Shown piece after piece: positions 17,317 to 25,283 of a stretch of 60,137 bases of DNA. A program made the translations under genes and the position numbers. Below the pieces are notes generated by a model. That model was given only the letters and a program-made list of their open reading frames with translations. It ran no database searches and was not told where the DNA came from. The DNA lies in NCBI GenBank assembly GCA_903833055.1, contig CAILDU010000048.1, forward strand, positions 1-60,137. The letters run 5' to 3'. Origin of the DNA: an uncultured Verrucomicrobia subdivision 3 bacterium. GTDB lineage: Bacteria > Verrucomicrobiota > Verrucomicrobiia > Limisphaerales > UBA11358. The first letter of the stretch is position 1. Each line of letters opens with the position of its first letter.

Positions 17317-19037
17317 AACTTCAGCCACTTCGAAAGCGCATCGAGATTGTTCAGGTTCATTCGCTCCAAAGCGCCGTGCGGACACGCACGTTCGCACGCG
17401 GGGCCACCGTGGTTTTCCACGCAGAGATCGCACTTCGTCGCCTTCGCGATGGGTTTCATTTCCTGATCCACGAGCAGTTCGCCGCGTTCGTCGCGCGCCT
17501 CGACCATGCGGATGGCGTCGTAGGGACAATTCGTAAAACAGGATTTGCAGCCGATGCACGTCGCGGGATTGATGACGACCTGGCCGGCGAATGACTCGCG
17601 ATGGATCGCACCGGTCGGGCAGCCGATCATGCAAACCGGATCGGCGCAGTGCATGCAGGCATTGGCGATCATCAGCCGCCCGGCGCTCGGGCCGTGGCGC
17701 AGGAAGCGCGGGTTGTTGTCGTGCGTGGAGGCGCAGGCGCGCACGCAATCGTCGCAACGCGTGCAGCGGTCGAGGTCAATGACCATCGTGGCCGTGCCGT
17801 TGAAGAAACGGTTCTCGGTGAGAAATTCCAAAATCTCCGCGCCAACTTTTTCGCGTGTGGCGATTTCGGGTGGCGCGGAATCCAAATCGTCTTCAACTTT
17901 TTCGACGGGCGGTGGCAGTTCGTTTTTCGGCAGCGACGGCAAAACAATTTCCTCCATCACGCGCGTCGGCACGATGAGCAAATGCGTGTAGCCGATGGCG
18001 CGGAGCGAGAACTGCATATTCACCGCCGCATCTTTGTTGCGCCAGTTGTGGGCAATTTCGTTTAGCCCAAAAATTTGTCCCGCGCCGATGTAGTTCAGCG
18101 TGCGTTCGCCGCCGCCGAATTTCTGGCTGACGCGCGCGAAGCCGGCGCGCAGCAAAACGATTCCGTTCGGATAATCACCTTCGCCAACAATGACGGGCTC
18201 TTTCTCCGGTCGCACGCTGCCGGATTGCGCGAGGCGTTTGTATTCACCCGACCAGTCGTAGTCGCCATAGGTCGAAAATTCCACGGCCTCGGCCACGCGG
18301 TCGAGTTGTTCCTTCGAGAGATTTTTGAACAGCGGCGTGGCGCGGAGATACGAGGCCAGCGCGCGTTCGCGGTAAATTTTATTGATGTGTGTGCGGAGCG
18401 CGTCGTCGTATTTCATAAGGTCGCGCAGACCTTGCCAGCGGATTTCCAAAAGTTCCGCGTCGTCGCTGTCGGCAAAAATTGTGGACGTGCGCGCCATGCG
18501 GCTCAACGCGGCGATTTCGCCGAAGAATTCTCCCGCGAACATTTCCGCCGTGCGGTGCTGATCCAAAATGCGCGGCACGTCCTGCAAAAAAACGCGCGTC
18601 TCCTTTTCATTTTGTCGCGCGCTGACGCCGGAACTTTGCCCGAGCAAGGTGCGCGGCAACATTTCCGGCGGACGCGAACGGTTCCAAAGCTGCGCGAGCG
18701 TGCGGAAGACGCCTTTTTTATTGGTCGCCTGACGACCGAGCAACGACGGCGGGAGATCAGGTTTCAACACTACGCGCGCCGCGCCTTGCAAAATCAGAAA
18801 CGCCGACGTGCCGTAATCGCCCTGACGCATGATGATTTCGCCTTTGCGAAATTTCAGAATGCGCGCGTCGTTGCGGAGGATTTCGCGGAGCGGCGTGCGT
18901 TTGGGAAATTTTTCGGCATCCATCCCACTGAACGGCACGGTCAGAAGCAGACGGCTCACGTCTTCGTCGGTCATGTTCGCGTCGAACGCGGCGTCCCAGC
19001 GTTGCGGGCGTTCGAGAATGGTCGGGGCGGCGGGCAT
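17313..19037 (-). CDS. tandem cyclic-nucleotide-binding domains fused to a four-cluster [4Fe-4S] ferredoxin (DmsB/NrfC-like)
   Basis: cNMP phosphate-binding cassette FGEIAALSRMARTSTIFA and a second CNB-like domain. Four Cys groups: CTRCDDCVRAC, CMHCADPVCMIGCP, CIGCKSCFTNCP, CDLCVENHGGPACERACP. Confidence 0.9.
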   Translation of the reverse strand: MPAAPTILERPQRWDAAFDANMTDEDVSRLLLTVPFSGMDAEKFPKRTPLREILRNDARILKFRKGEIIMRQGDYGTSAFLILQGAARVVLKPDLPPSLLGRQATNKKGVFRTLAQLWNRSRPPEMLPRTLLGQSSGVSARQNEKETRVFLQDVPRILDQHRTAEMFAGEFFGEIAALSRMARTSTIFADSDDAELLEIRWQGLRDLMKYDDALRTHINKIYRERALASYLRATPLFKNLSKEQLDRVAEAVEFSTYGDYDWSGEYKRLAQSGSVRPEKEPVIVGEGDYPNGIVLLRAGFARVSQKFGGGERTLNYIGAGQIFGLNEIAHNWRNKDAAVNMQFSLRAIGYTHLLIVPTRVMEEIVLPSLPKNELPPPVEKVEDDLDSAPPEIATREKVGAEILEFLTENRFFNGTATMVIDLDRCTRCDDCVRACASTHDNNPRFLRHGPSAGRLMIANACMHCADPVCMIGCPTGAIHRESFAGQVVINPATCIGCKSCFTNCPYDAIRMVEARDERGELLVDQEMKPIAKATKCDLCVENHGGPACERACPHGALERMNLNNLDALSKWLKL

Positions 19038-19055
19038 TTTCAGTTCGGAATTGTG

Positions 19056-20363
19056 TTAAGCATCCAAAACCAAATCGTTTTTCGGGCGGCAAACACAGGT
19101 GAAACAACTGCCGGCTTCCGGCGTAGCGTCAGGCTTCTTCAAATAATCCACGTCGCCGGATTTAATGGCGACGACGCACGAACCGCAACTGCCCGCGCAG
19201 CAGCCGGAATCAATTTTTACGCCCTGCGCTTTCGCAAATTCCAAAATATTTTCCGCCGACGGCTCCCAGCGCACGGTTTTATTTGAGCGCGCGAACGTCA
19301 CATTTATTTTTGCGAGATGAACCGTTTCGCTCGGCGTGGGCGCGGCCGTTTTTTTCTTCACCGTCGCCGGACCGAACGCTTCGAAGTGGACGACGCTGTC
19401 CGGCACGCCCCACGCTTCGAGGCCGTCGGTCAGACTTTTCATGAACGCGCCACTGCCGCAGAGGTAATATTCAAAATTATTCGACGGCAGAATTTCCTTC
19501 AAAAGCTCAATGCCCACGCGGCCTTCGTGATGAAAATCTTTTCCCTTCACGTCTTTGTCGCTGGGTTTGCTGTAAGCGATATGCAGATGAATGTTGTCGT
19601 TTTCCGCCGCGAGTTTTTCCAACTCGGCCTTGTGAATGTGTTCGCGGACATTGCGGACGCCGAAGAAAAAATACGCCTCACGCTTCGAGCCGCTCGCGGC
19701 AATCGCGTTCGCCATGCTCAACATCGGCGTGATGCCGACGCCGCCCGCGAGCAGCACGATGGGATTCGACTTGGCCATGTCCAAAAAGAAATGGCCGGTC
19801 GGCGCTTTGACATTCAGGATGTCGCCTTCCTTCACCACGTCGGTAAAAAAACTGGAGCCTGCGCCCGGCGGCAACTCCGGTTTGTCTGGCGGCGATTTTT
19901 CCTTTTTGATCGTGACGCGGTAATATTCTTTTTGATGCGGACTGTCGGAAAGCGAGTAGCAGCGGATGAGCGGTTTGTCGCGTCCGGGCACATCGAGTTG
20001 AAACGTGAGATACTGGCCGGGCTTGAATTGCGGCAGCGGGCGACCGTCGTGCGGCTTCAAATAAAACGCGTTCACGTCCTCGCACTCGGGATTTTTTTTG
20101 ACGACGGAAAATTTTCGTAAACCGTTCCAGCCGGTCTGCGCCTGTTCGGCCTCGCGGCAACGGATTTTGGTTTCGGCGAGTTGGGCGCGCAGTTTTTCCA
20201 ACGCGACGCGTTGCTGGCGGTTTTCGGCCCAAACGCGAAGGAGCGAGCGGAAAATTTCCAACGTCAGCCACGCGAGCAGTCCGGCGAGCAGCGCAAAGCC
20301 GACGGCGAAGCTCAAACTGTCTCCGCTGACTTGCCGCAGGGAATCAATTAGGGTTGCATTCAC
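19056..20363 (-). CDS. membrane-anchored FNR-like FAD/NAD(P)H oxidoreductase with a C-terminal 2Fe-2S ferredoxin domain
   Basis: N-terminal TM plus coiled coil. RCYSLSD (FAD), GGVGITPMLSM (NAD(P)H) and CCAGSCGSC...CFTCVC (plant-type 2Fe-2S). The start codon at 20363 is GTG, so the start is uncertain. Confidence 0.88.
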   Translation of the reverse strand: MNATLIDSLRQVSGDSLSFAVGFALLAGLLAWLTLEIFRSLLRVWAENRQQRVALEKLRAQLAETKIRCREAEQAQTGWNGLRKFSVVKKNPECEDVNAFYLKPHDGRPLPQFKPGQYLTFQLDVPGRDKPLIRCYSLSDSPHQKEYYRVTIKKEKSPPDKPELPPGAGSSFFTDVVKEGDILNVKAPTGHFFLDMAKSNPIVLLAGGVGITPMLSMANAIAASGSKREAYFFFGVRNVREHIHKAELEKLAAENDNIHLHIAYSKPSDKDVKGKDFHHEGRVGIELLKEILPSNNFEYYLCGSGAFMKSLTDGLEAWGVPDSVVHFEAFGPATVKKKTAAPTPSETVHLAKINVTFARSNKTVRWEPSAENILEFAKAQGVKIDSGCCAGSCGSCVVAIKSGDVDYLKKPDATPEAGSCFTCVCRPKNDLVLDA

Positions 20364-21535
20364 GCTGCCACTCCATTAACCAATTTGTCGCCGTGAGTAA
20401 AACAATTTGTCACCCAGCCGCAGGTTTTGTCGCCGGAATTATTCTGGCGGCGAACATTTCCAGTGGCGCGGAAACGCCGCCCAAATTTCTCGGCGCGAAT
20501 TCCTGCGCCAATTCCAGTTGCCACGGCGGCGGTGGCGCGAAACAAAATCAGTTTCTCGTCTGGTCGCTCAAGGATTTTCATTCGCAACGCCCCGCCGCGA
20601 CGCTTACGACGGCGCGCTCGAAGCAAATCGCCGACGCACTGGAAATCAAAGACCCGTCCGCCAGTTCCCGTTGCACGACTTGCCACGCGCCGTTACGTGA
20701 CGTGCCGGAAAGTCTGCGCGGTGAAAATTTCAAGGTGAGCGAATGCGTTTCGTGTGAAAGCTGCCACGGCGCGGCGGAAAATTGGTTGCGCGCGCATACG
20801 CGACACGATTACACGCGCGCCGACCGCACTGCCGCTGGAATGCGCGACTTGCAAAATCTTTACGTCCGCGCGAACACCTGCATCGCGTGCCACCAGAATG
20901 TGGACGCCGACATTCTCAAGGCCGGGCATCCGGAATTAATTTTTGAACTCGACGGCCAGAGCGTCGCCGAACCGAAACATTGGTGCGCGGAGAAAAACGG
21001 CAACGGCGCGCAGGCTTGGCTGGTTGGTCAGGCCGTGGCATTACGAGAAATGAGCTGGCAACTAGCCAATGAAAAATCTCCGACAGAAAGTGAAATCAAC
21101 CGATGGAATGCGCTTGTTTGGCTGATGCAGACGGCCGCGCCGGAGAGCAATTTGAAAATGCCGCCAAAAACCAGAGCCGTTACGATTGCCTACGCTGCCA
21201 GCACCCTTCAAGGCGAAAGTGACCAAGTTGCGCGTGACTTCGCAACGACTGACTGGTCGGATACAAAGACGAGTAAGATTTTGTCTGCATTCGCCAATTC
21301 AAACGAGTCGTTCCGCGACACGGCCGTTTCGCAAAATCTCCAAGCCCGCCGCGCCGAGCGGCTGGTGCTCGCGCTCGACCGCCTCGTCGCCTCGCTGCCG
21401 GAGTATAAAAACAACGAGCCAATGCAATCGTCGCTCAATCAACTTTTCAAACTCGCGCAATCCATTCCCGACTTCGACCCCAAAGAGTTTGCCGCCGCGC
21501 TGGAGAAACTTTCCGCCGCGCTCGCCGCGCATTGA
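20354..21535 (+). CDS. secreted multiheme c-type cytochrome (3 CxxCH plus 1 Cx4CH)
   Basis: CANSSCH, CTTCH, CESCH and CIACH. The ORF-track start (TTG at 20354) overlaps the divergent gene. GTG at 20393 (VSKTICHPAAGFVAGIILAANISSGA) is a more plausible signal-peptide start. Confidence 0.8.
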   Translation: MHSRCHSINQFVAVSKTICHPAAGFVAGIILAANISSGAETPPKFLGANSCANSSCHGGGGAKQNQFLVWSLKDFHSQRPAATLTTARSKQIADALEIKDPSASSRCTTCHAPLRDVPESLRGENFKVSECVSCESCHGAAENWLRAHTRHDYTRADRTAAGMRDLQNLYVRANTCIACHQNVDADILKAGHPELIFELDGQSVAEPKHWCAEKNGNGAQAWLVGQAVALREMSWQLANEKSPTESEINRWNALVWLMQTAAPESNLKMPPKTRAVTIAYAASTLQGESDQVARDFATTDWSDTKTSKILSAFANSNESFRDTAVSQNLQARRAERLVLALDRLVASLPEYKNNEPMQSSLNQLFKLAQSIPDFDPKEFAAALEKLSAALAAH

Positions 21536-21604
21536 ACTTTTCTTTCGCAAGCTCCAACCGTTTTTTCTACCGTTGACCGCGCAGTGCGCTTACGCTGTCC
21601 GCGC

Positions 21605-22483
21605 ATGGCAATTCTCGGCAAACGCAATTCGCTCGCGATCATCCGCGCGTCGCAGCCCGGCCTCTATCTCGACGGCGGCGAACTCGGCGAAATTCTTTTG
21701 CCCGGTCGCTACATTCCTGCCGGTCTCGCGCCCAAGCAAAAGCTCGATGTTTTTGTCTATCGCGATTCCGAAGATCGTCTCGTCGCCACGACGGAAAAAC
21801 CGCACGCGATGGTCGGCGAATTCGGCTACATGAAAGTCATCAACGTGAATCCGCAGATCGGCGCGTTTCTCGATTGGGGACTCGCGAAGGATTTGCTCGT
21901 GCCGTTTCGTGAACAGGAAATTCCTTTGCGCGTCGGCGATTGGACGGTGGTTTTTGTCGCGCTCGACGCACAGACGAATCGCATTCTCGCCAGCACGCGG
22001 CTCAATCGTCATCTCAACCGCGACACGCCCGCGTATCGCGACGGCCAGCCGGTGAGCATTCTTGTCACCGCCAAAACGCCGCTCGGCTACAACGCCATCG
22101 TGGACAACGCGCATTTCGGTTTGCTTTACAAAAGCCAGCTCGCCTACGCGCTCAAGATTGGCGCGCGCATGAAAGGCTTTGTCCGCACCGTCCGCGCGAA
22201 TGGGAAAATTGATTTAAGCCTTGATGCCGTTGGCTACAAACGCGTCGCGCCACTAACGGATTTAATTGTGACCGCGCTCAAAATGAGCGGCGGCAAATTG
22301 ACGTTTGACGACAACAGTTCGCCGGTGGAGATTCGGCAAAATTTCAACGTGAGCAAAAAGGCGTTCAAGCAGGCACTCGGAAAACTTTATAAAACGCGGC
22401 GCATCGAATTTCTTAAACCCGGAATTCAACTGCTCGAAAATGAAACGTGGGCGCCGGGAGCCCGATTAAAACCAAAGCCATGA
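21605..22483 (+). CDS. S1-like RNA-binding protein (CvfB/YitL-like)
   Basis: MAILGKRNSL..GLYLDGGELGEILLP, then repeated S1-like modules and a C-terminal winged-helix-like tail. Its stop overlaps the RNase R start (ATGA). Confidence 0.75.
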   Translation: MAILGKRNSLAIIRASQPGLYLDGGELGEILLPGRYIPAGLAPKQKLDVFVYRDSEDRLVATTEKPHAMVGEFGYMKVINVNPQIGAFLDWGLAKDLLVPFREQEIPLRVGDWTVVFVALDAQTNRILASTRLNRHLNRDTPAYRDGQPVSILVTAKTPLGYNAIVDNAHFGLLYKSQLAYALKIGARMKGFVRTVRANGKIDLSLDAVGYKRVAPLTDLIVTALKMSGGKLTFDDNSSPVEIRQNFNVSKKAFKQALGKLYKTRRIEFLKPGIQLLENETWAPGARLKPKP

Positions 22484-24885
22484 ACGAACAAATCATCCGG
22501 TTGCTGGAAGAAAAAGATTACGTGCCGTTGAGTGCGGAAAATTTGTCGCGCCACCTGCGCGTGTCGCCGGAACGCGAACCGGAATTTCAGCGCACGCTCC
22601 GTAAGTTGGAACGCGACGGCGAAATTGTGCAGATCAAAGGCGCGCGTTATGCGCTCGCCAGCGACGCGGATTTGATTCCCGGTCGCATCCGCATGAACCG
22701 CGCGGGCAAAGGCTTTCTCGCGCCCGACGACGCTTCGCTCAAGGAAATTGCCATTCCCGAAAATGCCACGCTCACGGCGTTGCACGAAGATCGCGTGCTC
22801 GTGCGCCGCGACGTGCGCCGGAAAAATTTCCGCGATGGAGATCAGGAAACCGGCGTGGTCGTTAGAATTTTGGAACGTCGCCGCACGCAAATTGTCGGCA
22901 CGTTGGCGCAGAGCAAAAATTTTCTCTACGTCATTCCCGACGACCCGCGCATTCCGCACGATGTTTATGTGACGCCGCCGCGCGATGTCGGTCGGCCCGC
23001 GCGCGTGGGCGACAAAGTTGTAGTTGAACTTCGCGAATGGGAAGAGCGCAACGCCAATCCCGAAGGCGAAATTGTCGAAGTCCTCGGCGCGCCCGATGAA
23101 GAAGGCGTGGATATGCTTTCCGTGCTGCGCCAATACAACTTGCCGCTGCATTTTCCAAAAAATGTTTTGGCCGAGGCGCACGCCGTCGGTTCGACGGTTG
23201 CAGAAAAAGACTTTGCCGGTCGCCTTGATTGTCGCGCGCACAATGTCGTCACGATTGATCCCGACGACGCGAAAGATTTTGACGACGCGATTTGTCTCGA
23301 AAAAATTTCGCCGGAGCAATGGCGTTTGTGGGTGCACATCGCGGACGTGTCGAATTACGTCAAGCCGGGAACCGCGCTCGACGAAGAAGCGCGCAAACGC
23401 GGCAACTCAACTTACCTCGTGGATCGCGTGATTCCGATGTTGCCGGAAGCGTTGAGCAATGAACTGTGTTCGCTAAAACCGAATGTGGATCGGCTGACGA
23501 AGTGCGTAGAATTTCTCGTGTCAAACGACGGTCGCGTGTTGAGCACGAAGTTTCATGCGGCGGTTATTCATTCGCAAAAGCGTTTCGCCTACGCGCAAGT
23601 TTTGGAAATTTTGCAGCGCGCACCGAGCGATGACCCGATTGAACAGATGCTGCATGCCGCGCATCAGCTCGCGCAGAAAATCCGCAAGCATCGTTTTAAG
23701 AATGGTTCGCTCGAACTGGATTTTCCCGAAACGAAAATCCGTTTGGACGAAAACGGAAAAATTTTACGCATCGAGAAAAACGAAAACGACGTGTCGCACC
23801 AGTTGATTGAGGAATACATGCTGCTCGCGAACGAGGCCGTCGCGACGCGCTTGATGAGTATGCGCACACCGGCAATTTATCGCGTTCACGAGGAGCCGGA
23901 CGCGCGGCGGTTGAACGAATACCGGCAGGAAGTCATGGCGCATAACGTTCAGTGCGGCAACTTGAGCCAGCCGTCCGAAGTGCAAAAACTTTTGGCGAAG
24001 CTCGGCACATTGCCGATTGGTCCGGCGCTCAAGATTGGATTTCTGAAATCGCTCATGCGCGCTTGCTACTCGGTCGAGCCGCTTGGGCATTACGGACTCG
24101 CGAAGAAAAAATACACGCACTTCACCTCGCCCATCCGTCGCTATGCCGACCTCGTCGTGCATCGCGCGCTGTTCGATAAAATCGCGGCGAAGGCCAGCGC
24201 GCTGAAAGAAATCGCCGAGCACATTTCTGTCACGGAAAGAAATTCCGCCGACGCGGAGCGCGACAGCAAGGACGTGAAGCTGTTTGCGTTCTTGAAAGCG
24301 CAATTGGAATCCGGCGAGCCGATAAAATATCCCGCGCTCGTGACGGACGTTCGCAACTTCGGATTTTTTGTGGACGTGACCGGTCTTGCGATGAGCGGCC
24401 TCGTGCCGTTGTCCACGATTGAAGATGACTTTTACGTCTTCGACGATCGGCGGCGAAATCTCGTTGGCCGCCGCACGCGCCGCGTGATTAAACTGGGTGA
24501 CAAACTGACGGTGCAAGTGGCGAAGGTGGATTCGTTCAAGAAGCAGGTGGATTTTTGTCTGGCCGTGGAAGAACGCAAGCCAGCACCGTTGCGCCCGCAA
24601 GCACCGCGTCCTGCGCCCGCGCGTCCGCAGCCATTTTCGCAGCACAAAAAATCTGCGCCGTTCCGGCAGGAAAATAAACGTCCGGCATTCACGCCCGCCA
24701 ATAAATCGCACTGGAAAAAATCGGAACAAAAAGATTCGCGTTCGACGCCATCGCGTCGGGAAGAGGCGCGTCCGCAGCCGGAATCGAAGCCGATGTTTCG
24801 CACGTCCGGTTCGCAACTACCGACCTCGCAGCGGCCATTGATGAAAGCCAGCAACAGCGGCAATTTTTCCAAGCGGCGGCGTTGA
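22480..24885 (+). CDS. rnr: ribonuclease R
   Basis: An N-terminal HTH/cold-shock-like region, the RNB catalytic core (TIDPDDAKDFDDAI, YLVDRVIPMLPE, HFTSPIRRYADLVVHR), an S1 domain and a Lys/Arg/Pro-rich tail. Confidence 0.93.
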   Translation: MNEQIIRLLEEKDYVPLSAENLSRHLRVSPEREPEFQRTLRKLERDGEIVQIKGARYALASDADLIPGRIRMNRAGKGFLAPDDASLKEIAIPENATLTALHEDRVLVRRDVRRKNFRDGDQETGVVVRILERRRTQIVGTLAQSKNFLYVIPDDPRIPHDVYVTPPRDVGRPARVGDKVVVELREWEERNANPEGEIVEVLGAPDEEGVDMLSVLRQYNLPLHFPKNVLAEAHAVGSTVAEKDFAGRLDCRAHNVVTIDPDDAKDFDDAICLEKISPEQWRLWVHIADVSNYVKPGTALDEEARKRGNSTYLVDRVIPMLPEALSNELCSLKPNVDRLTKCVEFLVSNDGRVLSTKFHAAVIHSQKRFAYAQVLEILQRAPSDDPIEQMLHAAHQLAQKIRKHRFKNGSLELDFPETKIRLDENGKILRIEKNENDVSHQLIEEYMLLANEAVATRLMSMRTPAIYRVHEEPDARRLNEYRQEVMAHNVQCGNLSQPSEVQKLLAKLGTLPIGPALKIGFLKSLMRACYSVEPLGHYGLAKKKYTHFTSPIRRYADLVVHRALFDKIAAKASALKEIAEHISVTERNSADAERDSKDVKLFAFLKAQLESGEPIKYPALVTDVRNFGFFVDVTGLAMSGLVPLSTIEDDFYVFDDRRRNLVGRRTRRVIKLGDKLTVQVAKVDSFKKQVDFCLAVEERKPAPLRPQAPRPAPARPQPFSQHKKSAPFRQENKRPAFTPANKSHWKKSEQKDSRSTPSRREEARPQPESKPMFRTSGSQLPTSQRPLMKASNSGNFSKRRR

Positions 24886-24936
24886 GGTTGCAGTGCGCAG
24901 CAATCGAACCGACGAAACGGTGTTCAAATTAATTGA

Positions 24937-25281
24937 ATGGATAATCCGAAGAAAAAATCTTCCAGTAAAAAAACAATTATTAAGGTTGTCATTTGCCTTC
25001 TCATTGGACTTGGCTTGGCTGTTGGCATTCCAAAATTCATTCAAGCGCGGCAAGCCGCTTTGAGAGCGGCTTGCATGAACCATTTAATTCAAATTGATGG
25101 AGCAAAACAGGAATGGAAATTGGAGCATAAAAAGACAGATGCAGATGTTCCAACTTGGGAAGACCTTAAGCCGTATATTACTAGAAATATTGAGTTAAAA
25201 TGTCCGGCTGGCGGAAGTTATACAATTGGAAAAATTGGTGAGCCTCCAAGTTGTTCGATTACAAATCACAGCTTGCAATAG
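24937..25281 (+). CDS. small membrane-anchored pseudopilin-like protein
   Basis: 114 aa with one TM helix (IIKVVICLLIGLGLAVGI), then ACMNHLIQIDGAKQEW...CPAGGSY...PSCS, which recalls PVC type-II pseudopilin C-termini. No G-FTLIE cleavage motif. The surrounding sequence is locally AT-rich. Confidence 0.5.
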   Translation: MDNPKKKSSSKKTIIKVVICLLIGLGLAVGIPKFIQARQAALRAACMNHLIQIDGAKQEWKLEHKKTDADVPTWEDLKPYITRNIELKCPAGGSYTIGKIGEPPSCSITNHSLQ

Positions 25282-25283
25282 AG

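Noticed and set aside
17317-17757. N-terminal 147-aa extension of ORF 16501..17757
   Set aside because: The extension overlaps the 3' end of the ferredoxin gene in another frame and is Arg-rich. The ATG at 17316 forms an ATGA overlap with the upstream stop and begins a proper TM protein.
15488-19286. Long plus-strand ORFs (15488..16570, 15709..16119, 17601..18065, 18075..19286) opposite the cytochrome/ferredoxin operon
   Set aside because: They have an Arg-rich low-complexity composition and no domains. The minus-strand frames contain 10 CxxCH motifs and four Fe-S Cys clusters.
22426-24816. Minus-strand ORFs 22426..23337 and 23764..24816 opposite RNase R
   Set aside because: These are shadow ORFs with Arg/Phe-rich composition. 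The plus strand has the full RNB/S1 signature.
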